Source of the DNA: a candidate division WOR-3 bacterium
GTDB lineage: Bacteria > Hydrothermota > Tepidihabitantia > SM23-42 > JAOAFX01
Length of the DNA stretch: 64,000 bases
Direction of reading: 5' to 3'
NCBI GenBank assembly: GCA_039802205.1
Contig: JBDRWD010000007.1
Coordinates: forward strand, 2,433-66,432
Shown here: piece after piece, positions 29,165 to 38,935 of the stretch
Numbering within the stretch: position 1 is the stretch's first letter
Layout: every line of letters begins with the position of its first letter
Program-made: the position numbers and the translations under genes
Notes under the pieces: model-generated
Database searches by the model: none
What the model was told of the DNA's origin: nothing
The model's input: only the letters and a program-made list of their open reading frames with translations

Positions 29165-30290
29165 TCAACTATTGAATGATTTTTTTGCTAACATCTTGAG
29201 ATAGGCATAGATAAAATCGTCGATCTCCCCATCCATGACCCGCTCAATCTGAGTGGTTTCATAACCGGTCCGGTGGTCCTTTACCAGTTTATAAGGGTGA
29301 AAAATGTAAGAACGGATCTGATGTCCCCAGGCAATCTCGGTCTTTTGTGCTTCCAATTTATTCAATTTTTCTTCCTCAAGACGTTTGTAGTAATCGTAAA
29401 GACGGGCTTTCAAGATTTTCAGGGCGGTCATCTTATTTAAATACTGAGAACGTTCATTCTGACATTGCACGGTGATACCAGTAGGAAGATGGGTGATGCG
29501 GACTGCGGAAGAGACTTTATTCACATTCTGCCCTCCATGACCCCCAGCACGGAAGGTGTCAATTTTTAAATCATCTTCTTTTATTTCAAAACTCACTTCT
29601 TCTACTTCCGGATAGACAAAGACCGAAGCAAATGAGGTGTGTCGTTTCTGGTTGGCATCAAAAGGGGATATCCTGACCAGGCGATGGATTCCGGTCTCAG
29701 CTTTCAATAATCCGTAGGCGTATTTACCATGAATTTCAATCGTGGCATCCTTTATTCCAGCAACCTCACCCGGTAAGAGATCAATTATCCGGTAAGTGAA
29801 TTTTTTTGTCTGGAGATAACGGGTGTACATCCGAAACAACATCTCTGCCCAGTCGCAGGACTCTGTCCCACCTGCTCCCGGATGGATGGTGAGCAAGCAA
29901 TTTTTGGTATCATCTTCACCTCCTAATAATAACTGGATCTCTAAATCTTTGATCTTTTGTTCAATCGCTTTTAATTCCTGCTCGGCATCCTTGAGCAGTT
30001 CATCATCCTCTCCAGTAGCGAGTTCGAGGAGTTCATTTAAAAATGTCAAACCGTTTTCAATTTCCTTTAGCCGTGCCAAATATTCCTGTTTCTGATCAAT
30101 CTCTGCCATTATCTGCTGGGCACGTTCTTTGTTTGCCCAGAAGGTGGGTTGATTGGTTTCTTCCTGGAGTTTCTTTAATTGATTGGCGATACGATCGGGG
30201 TCAAAGATACTCCTTCAGGCTTTCGTATTTCTTTTTCAATTCCTTTACTTCATTGATGGTGATAGAGATGTATTTACCAGATTTTTTCAT
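29165..30290 (-). CDS. prfB: peptide chain release factor 2, with programmed +1 ribosomal frameshift at CUU UGA C (UGA = plus 30201-30203)
   Basis: ORF0 from ATG 30288-30290 encodes [29 protein letters not shown], then UGA. The sequence AAGGAGUAUCUUUGAC is the canonical RF2 shift site with an internal SD. The +1 frame continues in frame with tracked ORF 29165..30109, which carries [12 protein letters not shown] and the RF2-specific region. Confidence 0.9.
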
Positions 30291-30298
30291 TGTTATTT

Positions 30299-30529
30299 TT
30301 ACTCCGTCTTTTTCTTTGATGATGACTTAGACTTTTGTTGGTATTTACGGATAAACTTTTCAACCCTTCCTGCCGAATCCACAATCTTCTGCTTGCCGGT
30401 GAAGAAGGGGTGGCAACGGGAACATATATCTACCGAAATTTTTTCTTTTGTAGAATATGTTTCAATCCGGTTACCACAGGCACAGGTTATTACACAGGGA
30501 ACATATTTGGGATGAATCCCTTTTTTCAT
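30299..30529 (-). CDS. rpmE: 50S ribosomal protein L31
   Basis: [30 protein letters not shown]. Confidence 0.9.
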   Translation of the reverse strand: MKKGIHPKYVPCVITCACGNRIETYSTKEKISVDICSRCHPFFTGKQKIVDSAGRVEKFIRKYQQKSKSSSKKKTE

Positions 30530-30543
30530 CGTTGCCTCCTGTT

Positions 30544-31800
30544 TTATACCGTCTCACTCATTGATTCCAAAAATTCTTTATTATTCTTTGTCCGTTGCAT
30601 CCGCTCAATGATGAATTCCATCTGCTCAATGGTATTCATCTCCGAGAGGAGTTTTCTTAATATCCACAACCGGTTTAATTCAAATTCTGTAAGTAATAGC
30701 TCCTCCTTTCTGGTTCCAGATTTATAAAGGTCGAGCGCAGGGAAGATTCGTCGATCAGAAAGCCGGCGGTCCAGCACCATCTCTAAATTGCCGGTGCCTT
30801 TGAATTCTTCAAAGATCACCTCATCCATCCGGCTTCCGGTATCAATCAAGGCGGTGGCAATGATCGTCAAACTCCCACCTTCTTCAATCTTGCGGGCTGA
30901 GCCAAAGAATTTTTTAGGTTTTTGTAACGCCGTAGAATCGAGGCCACCGGAAAGGGTCTTACCCGAGTGGGGGACGATTGCATTGTAGGCCCGGGCCAAT
31001 CGGGTCAGACTGTCCAAAAGAATCACTACATCCTTTTTTGATTCCACCAGGCGCTTGGCCCTTTCCAGAATTATTTCTGCGACTTCGGTATGACGCTCAG
31101 GAGTCTCATCAAAGGTAGAGGAGATGACCTCGGCCTGGACCGACCTTTCAAAGTCAGTGACTTCCTCCGGTCGTTCGTCGATCAAGAGCACAATCAATTT
31201 TATTTCCGGGTGATTGATGGTGATGGAATTGGCGATTTTTTGGAGAATGACCGTCTTTCCTGCCCGGGGTGGTGAGACGATCAACCCCCTCTGACCCTTG
31301 CCGATTGGGGTAAAAAGATCGATGATGCGCATGGAAAGGTCATTTTGTCCTTCTACTTCCAGATGGATTCTTTCGTTGGGATAAAGCGGGGTGAGGTTGT
31401 CGAAGAGCACACGATCGGTAAATTCGGCGAGCGGAATATCGTTGACATATTCAATCTTGATCATGGCGAAATAGCGTTCTCCTTCACGGGGAGGGCGTGC
31501 CAGTCCTTTGATGCTATCGCCCACTTTCAAATTGAACTTACGGATCTGCGAAATGGAGAGGTAAATATCGTCCGGACTCTGGAGATAATTGAAATTTGGT
31601 GAACGTAAAAATCCGTAACCCTCGGGATGGATCTGGAGCACACCTTCCACCGGCACCAGTTCAGTCCTTTTGGTCTCCGCCTCAATGATTGCATGAATCA
31701 AGTCCTGCTTTTTCATATCCGTATAATTAGTCAACCCCAGTTCTTTGGCAATCTGGTGGAGTTCGGCGACCTTTTTCTTTTTAAGTTCGGTAATTTCCAT
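30544..31800 (-). CDS. rho: transcription termination factor Rho
   Basis: N-terminal RNA-binding domain, Walker [15 protein letters not shown], and 418 aa length. Confidence 0.92.
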   Translation of the reverse strand: MEITELKKKKVAELHQIAKELGLTNYTDMKKQDLIHAIIEAETKRTELVPVEGVLQIHPEGYGFLRSPNFNYLQSPDDIYLSISQIRKFNLKVGDSIKGLARPPREGERYFAMIKIEYVNDIPLAEFTDRVLFDNLTPLYPNERIHLEVEGQNDLSMRIIDLFTPIGKGQRGLIVSPPRAGKTVILQKIANSITINHPEIKLIVLLIDERPEEVTDFERSVQAEVISSTFDETPERHTEVAEIILERAKRLVESKKDVVILLDSLTRLARAYNAIVPHSGKTLSGGLDSTALQKPKKFFGSARKIEEGGSLTIIATALIDTGSRMDEVIFEEFKGTGNLEMVLDRRLSDRRIFPALDLYKSGTRKEELLLTEFELNRLWILRKLLSEMNTIEQMEFIIERMQRTKNNKEFLESMSETV

Positions 31801-31934
31801 AGTTTTTAAGCCTCCTTTGTAAAATAAGAACCGGCCTATGAGAATCGGTCGTTATGGTTATCGGTTAACAAGATTTACAAAATCCACAAGCTTAAACAAT
31901 TATATCCAAATTCTAATTGTTGTCAATAGGCAAA

Positions 31935-32552
31935 CTATTCTCGGGTGGAGAATAGCACAGCATAATTTCTTTCTTTATCCCCGCGGCGGTGGGAATAGAA
32001 ATAATGGGGGTGACAGTATGTGCAATAATTCAAATCCGCCATCAGCGATGACAAACCCAATTCCGACTGCACTGCCTTTTTGAGATCGAGGAATAGCCGG
32101 CCGTTTCTGTTGACCACAGCCTCAGGATATCGGGCATAATACAAAGATGCAACATCGTTTTTTACTTCATAACAGCAGACTCCAATGCCCGCACCCAGCA
32201 CATAATGATAATTTTTTAGAAGCCCCCGGGCACGGCGCAGAATTCCTTTGTATATGGAACGCCAGCCACAATGGAGAATCATCATTTTATCCCCTGAGAA
32301 GATATAAACCGGCAAACAATCCGCGATTTTCACTCCGATCGATTTATTCCCTGCAGTAAGTATTCCATCTCCAGTCCGCTTTGTCTCGGTATCGATGTTG
32401 ACGATGATTGCGGAATGAATCTGTTTGAGAAAGAGCGGTTTAAAAATATCCAGAAATTTCTGCGTACCAATACGGGTGGAATAAAGAAATACCTTATTCT
32501 CGTATGTAAAACGAAAATATTTCAAATCTTTCTCTTCAACTAACTTCCACAT
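31935..32552 (-). CDS. pgeF: peptidoglycan editing factor PgeF (YfiH/DUF152, purine nucleoside phosphorylase-like)
   Basis: ADCLPV, HCGWRS and C..YEV motifs, with a C-terminal CTYCHPHYFYSHRR. Confidence 0.8.
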   Translation of the reverse strand: MWKLVEEKDLKYFRFTYENKVFLYSTRIGTQKFLDIFKPLFLKQIHSAIIVNIDTETKRTGDGILTAGNKSIGVKIADCLPVYIFSGDKMMILHCGWRSIYKGILRRARGLLKNYHYVLGAGIGVCCYEVKNDVASLYYARYPEAVVNRNGRLFLDLKKAVQSELGLSSLMADLNYCTYCHPHYFYSHRRGDKERNYAVLFSTRE

Positions 32553-34233
32553 TTTTTAATTCCTTAATCTTCAACATAATCTTTTTCTTGCCTACAAGTG
32601 TATCTTCAAAAATGGTATACAGGCAATCAATCCGGGTCTTGCCCGGGATGAGGGATAGAATTTTATCTGCCTGGTAAAAGGCGATGGCAGGAAATACAAC
32701 TTTTTCTTTGCGCAGAGAAAATTTAAGATGGTCTTTCCCAACCACCATCGGTTCACCCACGACTTCAAAGTTTTCACCTAAAAATACCGGTTGAGGATTT
32801 TCGGTCCCGGTGGGTTCAAAATATTTCAAAAAATAGACGACTTCTTCGGTTATCTCCTTCAGGTCTAATTTTAAGTCATAGTAATGGCGCTTCATAAAGA
32901 TTTTATCGTCAAATCCTTGGGCATACTCGTTGATCTTATTCACGAATCGGTCTAAATTCTCCTTTAATAATTCCAATCCAGCCGCCTGTTTATGCCCGCC
33001 AAATTTTAGCAAGAGGTCCGAACAGAAATCCAACGCCTCGGCAATATCAAAACCGGCTACAGAACGGGCAGAGCCCTTGGCGCTCAGTTCCTTAAAGGTG
33101 AGTACAATCGCGGGTTTGGCGTATTCCTCTACAATCCGGGAGGCGACAATTCCCACCACTCCTTCATGCCAATTTTCCTTACCCACCACGATCACTCGGT
33201 TAGCGGACAAACCCTTGCTTTCAATTATGGATATTGCCTCCTGCAAAATTTCTTCTTCGATCCGTTGCCGCTGCTGATTATCATGGGAAAGTTCCTGGGC
33301 TAAATGATAAGCCCGCTGTTCATCACTGGTCAGGAGCAGTTCAATCGCTGCCTGGGCATCCCGCAATCGTCCACAGGCATTTATTCGCGGTCCGAGGACA
33401 AAACCCAGATGGTAGGCAGTCAATTCGCCGCTGAGACCAGCAACCTTTATCAATGCCCTGATGCCTACTTTCTTGCTCTTTTGCATCTTTTTCAATCCCA
33501 ATTTAACTAAATAGCGATTTTCTCCAATCAGTGGCACGACATCTACTACACTCCCCAACGCCACGAGGTCACAATCATCGAACAGATCTTCAACCTTGAG
33601 TTTAAGCCGCTGGTAAAGTGCCATCAAAAATTTAAAAGCAACTCCCACCCCAGCGAGGTCCTTAAATGGATAGTTACAATGTGGAAGTTTGGGATTGAGT
33701 AATGCCCAGGCATTCGGGAGTTTTGATTTGGGATGGTGGTGGTCACAGACGATCACTTCGATATCTTTGGCACGGGCATATTCAAGCTCTTCAAAGGCGG
33801 TGATGCCGCAGTCCACCGTGATCATCAACCGACAGTTTTTCTCAAATGCATAGTCAATTCCTCCTTTGGATACTCCATATCCCTCAAGGAGACGGTGAGG
33901 GATGTAATATTCAACTTCCAAGCCCAATTTTTTTAAGTGGCGATAAAGCAGGGCAAGGCCGGTTATACCGTCTGTATCATAGTCGCCATGGATTAAAATC
34001 TTTTCCCTTCTTTCCAATGCCTGGATTATTCTCGCGATTGCTTTTTCCATATCCGAGAGCAAAAACGGATCATAGAGGTCCGCCGCTGATGGGGCAAAGA
34101 ATGTTTCAATCGCCTGCGGCGTGAGATAGCCGCGGTTGTGTAAAATCTGGACGATCACTGCAGGAATTTTTTTTCCCCGGATTACTAAATCCTCACCTTT
34201 AGTAACTTTATTTCTACTCACCCAGATGGACAT
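32536..34233 (-). CDS. recJ: single-stranded-DNA-specific exonuclease RecJ
   Basis: DHH motifs (ILIHGDYDTDGITG, DHHHP) and a DHHA1 region. Confidence 0.9.
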   Translation of the reverse strand: MSIWVSRNKVTKGEDLVIRGKKIPAVIVQILHNRGYLTPQAIETFFAPSAADLYDPFLLSDMEKAIARIIQALERREKILIHGDYDTDGITGLALLYRHLKKLGLEVEYYIPHRLLEGYGVSKGGIDYAFEKNCRLMITVDCGITAFEELEYARAKDIEVIVCDHHHPKSKLPNAWALLNPKLPHCNYPFKDLAGVGVAFKFLMALYQRLKLKVEDLFDDCDLVALGSVVDVVPLIGENRYLVKLGLKKMQKSKKVGIRALIKVAGLSGELTAYHLGFVLGPRINACGRLRDAQAAIELLLTSDEQRAYHLAQELSHDNQQRQRIEEEILQEAISIIESKGLSANRVIVVGKENWHEGVVGIVASRIVEEYAKPAIVLTFKELSAKGSARSVAGFDIAEALDFCSDLLLKFGGHKQAAGLELLKENLDRFVNKINEYAQGFDDKIFMKRHYYDLKLDLKEITEEVVYFLKYFEPTGTENPQPVFLGENFEVVGEPMVVGKDHLKFSLRKEKVVFPAIAFYQADKILSLIPGKTRIDCLYTIFEDTLVGKKKIMLKIKELKNVEVS

Positions 34234-34242
34234 GTTTGTTTT

Positions 34243-35721
34243 TTAACCTGGTGGTGGGACGCGGTTGACCTTAGGATATTTTTTGTATAACTCGTAATAT
34301 TTTTCAGGATAATCTGTTTTACTACAGAGCAAGAGAGTGGTTATAGGGGTAACCCCTCGGGCAGCGGCACTCATTTTCCGGGCAAGGTTCTGAATATCCC
34401 ACTGGGCTGTGGGATCTTCACGCAGTCGGACGAGGTGGTATAGTTCGCGGAGATTGAGATTTATCAGCACGCGTTTACGGTGGGCATTGGTGAGGATATA
34501 GGAAGCTGCGGATGGTGTGATTTTCCTTAGTCTATAATAGAGCTTTTCCGTTTCATTGATCACTTTCTTAAATGCCTTTTCCATTTTTATCTCCTTAACC
34601 GCTGGAGGAATCGTAATGCCCAGTTCCGGATTGTAGTCCTGGGTTATCAAGGTCAAAAGCCGATGCCGCTTTAACTGCCCGAAGCATCCGCCTGATACCA
34701 CTGCGGAGAATGTATAATTCACCATTTCAAATTCGCGGGGAACGGCATCGTAAAGCTCAAGATACTGACAGGTTTGCTTGAACATGGCGATTTTTGCCTG
34801 AGGAGAAAGTTTTTTCACCGCCTTCAAACAATCATGATAACTCCCTTTCTTTACCCGAAAGAGAAGCGCTCCTAAAATTTTGTCGTCACCATCTTCGGTC
34901 CAGTCTTCAAGGGTGACCCCGCTTTCATCCGTGGAATCAAAAATTTTTATCGAAGAACAATATTTTTCCAAATCTAAGTAGGTCCGGGCATCATAATCGT
35001 TTGCCTTATAAAAGAGGATTATCGAGGGAGCGATATTTTTGACCAGTTGGTATAATCTTTTGCCCAGGGTGCGTATTTCTTCAAGCTGATGACTGGCAAA
35101 GCGCCGGAGCATCAATTCGAGATTCCGAGCGTTTATCGTAGCCCCTAGTTGAGTTTGGGTTGCCAGCGCGAGAATATACCGGGCATCTTCTTTTGCTGCA
35201 TTCTCAATCTGTTTTAAAACCCGGGGAGCGGGCGTTCCGGATATATCCTTCAATCTGAAGGCTTTGAGTTTTTCCAATAATACTTTATAGAGACGATTCT
35301 GTTCTTCAATGATCCGACAGTAATCATTTATTAAAGTTGATTTTTTGATCTCGGGAGGGATCACATAATCACCTTTGAGAGTGACATAGCGTTGCGATTT
35401 CTCGGTGTAGGAGCAGAGGCGAAATTTTTCGATCTCCTCAACCGCCCGGCGGGAGATACCCATGATATCAAAATTAAAGACCGCATGTTCGGCAATGGAA
35501 TGATGCCCCATTTCAAAGATGATACGCTGATTGGAAGCACGTGCCTTTGCGACTTCTTGCAGTGCTTCTTTCCGTAAGTTGCTTACCGATTTTGGACTCC
35601 GACTGATCCGGGCATAGGCCGCGGATATGGTTTCCGGTGTGAAGATACTACCTTCCGTCTTTTCCTTACATGTTTTGATCAAGGTGGTATCGATATTGTA
35701 TCCTGCGAGCACAACCTTCAT
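34243..35721 (-). CDS. thyX: FAD-dependent thymidylate synthase ThyX family, expanded/tandem form (492 aa)
   Basis: First half has HHSIAEH and R..SYTEKSQRY. Second half has RHR and AQWDIQ (compare T. maritima RHR..S..RY and AQWEIQ). Confidence 0.6.
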   Translation of the reverse strand: MKVVLAGYNIDTTLIKTCKEKTEGSIFTPETISAAYARISRSPKSVSNLRKEALQEVAKARASNQRIIFEMGHHSIAEHAVFNFDIMGISRRAVEEIEKFRLCSYTEKSQRYVTLKGDYVIPPEIKKSTLINDYCRIIEEQNRLYKVLLEKLKAFRLKDISGTPAPRVLKQIENAAKEDARYILALATQTQLGATINARNLELMLRRFASHQLEEIRTLGKRLYQLVKNIAPSIILFYKANDYDARTYLDLEKYCSSIKIFDSTDESGVTLEDWTEDGDDKILGALLFRVKKGSYHDCLKAVKKLSPQAKIAMFKQTCQYLELYDAVPREFEMVNYTFSAVVSGGCFGQLKRHRLLTLITQDYNPELGITIPPAVKEIKMEKAFKKVINETEKLYYRLRKITPSAASYILTNAHRKRVLINLNLRELYHLVRLREDPTAQWDIQNLARKMSAAARGVTPITTLLLCSKTDYPEKYYELYKKYPKVNRVPPPG

Positions 35722-36773
35722 AACAGCAGTCGCTTTTTTATTTCTTTTGCTACAAACTTTAATGATGGATACATCTCCAGGGCGGTGTCGCGATAAACCG
35801 AAAGGTCTTTGCCCACAGGATCTGATACTTCGTTCCGGTATTTGCGGAATCTTTTATATTCCTTTAAAAGGAAAGTTTTGACTGCAGCCTCAGGGGATAA
35901 TTCGATTATGGTCTCATAATGTTTATACTCCATAACCAGAATCAGGTCGGCTTCAGCGACCATTTCGCGGGTAAGATAACGGGTACGGTGGCTGGATATA
36001 TCACCGCCAAATTCCCGGACCACGGACTGGGCATTTTCACTTGCCGGTAAACCATCGATTGCTGCAGTACCGGCAGATTTTATTTCTACATATTTTTCAT
36101 CCACCATTGTTTTTATAATTCCGGCAGCCATGGGACTACGACAGGAATTCCCAGAGCAAACCAGGAGTAGGTGGAATTTGAGGGCAGGGTCAATTTTAAT
36201 GAGCCGACCAAAGATTTTTTCGATCTCCAGAAGTGAAACTCCACCCTTTTTTTTCAGGATCGGTATCTTATGAGTCAGATCCACGACTGTGATCTTTTTC
36301 CCATCATTCGGTGGCCCGGCGTCGACGATTAAATCAATATCGGGAAATTGCCCAGCAATGGTTGAGGGGGTTGCAGCGGTTTCAATTGTGGCTATCGGTT
36401 TTTGATAATAGTCAAGCAGGTTAACTATAAACTTATTATCGGGGATTCGCACCGTAATTTTCTCTTCACCCAACCCGAGTGGTGCCGATGACTTTTTTTT
36501 CAATATCACACCAAGGGATCCAGGCAGGAAATAATCGATTATCTTCTTTTTAGTGAGCACCGCATACCGGGATAATTGACTCCGGGCGATGAAAAAAGTG
36601 GGTGGTTCCTGATTTATCTTTAATGCACCAAGGCGATTGAGTGCTCTTGTACTTGTGCCCTGGACAGCGAGTTCATAGCCCGTATCGGTGGGTAAAGCAA
36701 CAACTCCATTACCATCAAGAGTCTCGGCGATTTTTTTATAGATATCTGGATTATCTGCGAGCTTTATAATCAC
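35718..36773 (-). CDS. fusion protein: Sua5/YciO/YrdC (TsaC-like) domain + low-molecular-weight protein-tyrosine phosphatase domain
   Basis: The N-terminal ..VALPTDTGYELAV.. is the YrdC fold. The C-terminal LLVCSGNSCRSPMAAG is the LMW-PTP CX5R(S) P-loop. Confidence 0.75.
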   Translation of the reverse strand: MIIKLADNPDIYKKIAETLDGNGVVALPTDTGYELAVQGTSTRALNRLGALKINQEPPTFFIARSQLSRYAVLTKKKIIDYFLPGSLGVILKKKSSAPLGLGEEKITVRIPDNKFIVNLLDYYQKPIATIETAATPSTIAGQFPDIDLIVDAGPPNDGKKITVVDLTHKIPILKKKGGVSLLEIEKIFGRLIKIDPALKFHLLLVCSGNSCRSPMAAGIIKTMVDEKYVEIKSAGTAAIDGLPASENAQSVVREFGGDISSHRTRYLTREMVAEADLILVMEYKHYETIIELSPEAAVKTFLLKEYKRFRKYRNEVSDPVGKDLSVYRDTALEMYPSLKFVAKEIKKRLLL

Positions 36774-38059
36774 CGCGTCTTCCGCTTTCGCTTCATCTTT
36801 TTCATACCACTGCTGCCGATATCTTTCCGGTAGAACATCCCGTTAAAGTGGATTTTCTTAATTTCATCATAAACCTTCTGTTTGGCGATCCTCAGGTTAT
36901 CTGCAGTGCAGACTACATTTAACACCCGACCACCAGCAGTGACAAGTTTTCCATCTTCTATTTTCGTCCCGGCATGGAAAAGAAGGGTGTTAGCTTCAAG
37001 GGGTGCTTTGAACTGGATTTCCTCGCCGATTTTGTAATCAAATGGATATCCGGCAGAGACCAGGACTACACAGATCGACCACAGATTTTTTATTTTTACC
37101 TGTAAATCCTGAAGATTATTTTCCACCACACCCAGGAAAAGTTCCACAATATCATTTTCGATCAAAGGGATCATTGCCTGGGCTTCAGGATCTCCAAAAC
37201 GACAGTTGAATTCCAACACCTTGGGACCGGAGGGGGTGAGGATCAGTCCGGCATAGAGGACTCCTTTAAAAGGAAATCCTTGCTCATGCATGCAGAGGAT
37301 GGTGGGCTGGATGATTACTTCCCGGATGAAATCGCTCACGACTTTGCTGGTAGGATAGGGCGAATAAGCTCCCATTCCTCCAGTATTCGGTCCCCGATTG
37401 CCATCGTAAAGGCGTTTGTGGTCCTGAGCCGAAGGTAGATATAAAATTCTCAAACCATCGGTGAGCACGAAGATCGAACATTCCTGACCAGTTAAAAATT
37501 CTTCCACGACGATTTTCTTACCCGCTTCCCCGAGTTTATGCTGCACGAGAATTTCGTCAACAATCCTCTCGTATTCATTCTTATTATTGACAATGAATAC
37601 GCCCTTACCACCCGCGAGCCCCGCGGCTTTCACTACCACCGGAAAGGTATTGGTGGTCTTTAGGTATTTCAGCGCCTGGGCAGCACTGTCATAAATTTGA
37701 AACTTCGGCGAAGGTATATTGTACTGAGCCATAAACTCCCGGGCAAAGGATTTATCTGCTTCAATCCGGCTTGCCGCCTTGTTCGGTCCGAAGATCTTCA
37801 AGCCATGGCGGTTAAATTCATCCACAATCCCTAACGAAAGGGGTAATTCCGGGCCGACCACGGTGAGGTCGATATTTTTCTCTTTGGCAAACCGTACCAA
37901 GCCATTGATATCTGTGGGTAGGATATTTACGCAAGTAGCAATTTTTGCCATGCCCGGATTGCCTGGTGCGGCATAGAGATTTTTCACGCGGCGGGATTTA
38001 TGAATCTTCCAAATTAGGGCATGTTCTCTTCCACCACTACCGATGACTAAAATGTTCAT
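36770..38059 (-). CDS. purD: phosphoribosylamine--glycine ligase
   Basis: MNILVIGSGGREHAL.. and an ATP-grasp body. Confidence 0.9.
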   Translation of the reverse strand: MNILVIGSGGREHALIWKIHKSRRVKNLYAAPGNPGMAKIATCVNILPTDINGLVRFAKEKNIDLTVVGPELPLSLGIVDEFNRHGLKIFGPNKAASRIEADKSFAREFMAQYNIPSPKFQIYDSAAQALKYLKTTNTFPVVVKAAGLAGGKGVFIVNNKNEYERIVDEILVQHKLGEAGKKIVVEEFLTGQECSIFVLTDGLRILYLPSAQDHKRLYDGNRGPNTGGMGAYSPYPTSKVVSDFIREVIIQPTILCMHEQGFPFKGVLYAGLILTPSGPKVLEFNCRFGDPEAQAMIPLIENDIVELFLGVVENNLQDLQVKIKNLWSICVVLVSAGYPFDYKIGEEIQFKAPLEANTLLFHAGTKIEDGKLVTAGGRVLNVVCTADNLRIAKQKVYDEIKKIHFNGMFYRKDIGSSGMKKMKRKRKTR

Positions 38060-38078
38060 AGGACTCCTTTGTTTTCAA

Positions 38079-38810
38079 TTAGGCGTTAATCGCTTTGGTA
38101 ATTTTTTTAAATTTTGCCGGTGCCTTTTCAATGATACTGCCTAATACAAGAAAGTCCGCACCGCAAGCTAATATTCTTTTTGCGTCAGCTTCAGTCTTTA
38201 TTCCACCACCCACAATCAGGGGAATGGAGATGTATTTTTTCACTTCCTTGACCACATCTTCGGGTACGGGTTGATCAGCACCGCTTCCCGCCTCCAGATA
38301 TATCGCCTTCATTCCCAGATATTCACCGGCTAAGGCATGGGCGACCACAATCTCCGGTTTATCCCGGGGGATGGGCCTGGTATTGGATATGTATTCCACA
38401 GCCGTATAATTCCCGGAGGAGATGAGGATATACCCGACCGGGATCACCTCCAGACCATAGGATCTAATTAAGAAAACGGATTTCACATGTTCTCCGATTA
38501 AGAATTCAGGATTGCGTCCACTTAAAAGGGAGAGAAAGAATATGCCATCTGCATATTTAGAAATCTGATGCGAACTTCCAGGGAACAGGAGCACCGGACA
38601 GGATGTCTCTTTTTTCACCTTTTTAACAAAACCATCAAAATCTTCGTTCTTTAACAAGGAGGTACCAATGAGGATTGCCTTCACCCCACAATTTGAGACA
38701 AAACGGGTAAGACGGGATAGATTATGGTTAAAAACGCGATCGGGATCAAAAAGGGCGATTATCCCCGGCTTTTCATTGAGCAGTCTTTTCCAGACCCTGG
38801 AGTATCCCAT
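38079..38810 (-). CDS. (hepta/geranylgeranyl)glyceryl phosphate synthase, PcrB/GGGPS family
   Basis: ALFDPDR, AILIGTS, YLEAGSG and LIVGGGIKTEADAKRILACGADFLVLGS align with B. subtilis PcrB motifs FKLDPNK, AVIIGGS, YLEYSG and LFYGGGIK..A.....ADVIVVGN. Confidence 0.7.
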   Translation of the reverse strand: MGYSRVWKRLLNEKPGIIALFDPDRVFNHNLSRLTRFVSNCGVKAILIGTSLLKNEDFDGFVKKVKKETSCPVLLFPGSSHQISKYADGIFFLSLLSGRNPEFLIGEHVKSVFLIRSYGLEVIPVGYILISSGNYTAVEYISNTRPIPRDKPEIVVAHALAGEYLGMKAIYLEAGSGADQPVPEDVVKEVKKYISIPLIVGGGIKTEADAKRILACGADFLVLGSIIEKAPAKFKKITKAINA

Positions 38811-38935
38811 TACGGATGATTATAACCCGATTTTGGAAAAAATCAAGCGTGTTTTTTTGTTGACAAAATTGATTTTCTGGATATAATTGTTTGTTATGAA
38901 AGGGAGGTTGCCTATAGAGCTGACTCAGATGTTGG

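Noticed and set aside
31838-32083. Many short antisense or overlapping ORFs throughout (e.g. 406..627, 895..1080, 3256..3567, 10182..10526, 14380..14790, 31838..32083)
   Set aside because: They are embedded in, or antisense to, long conserved genes. They lack RBSs and recognisable motifs and are typical six-frame noise.
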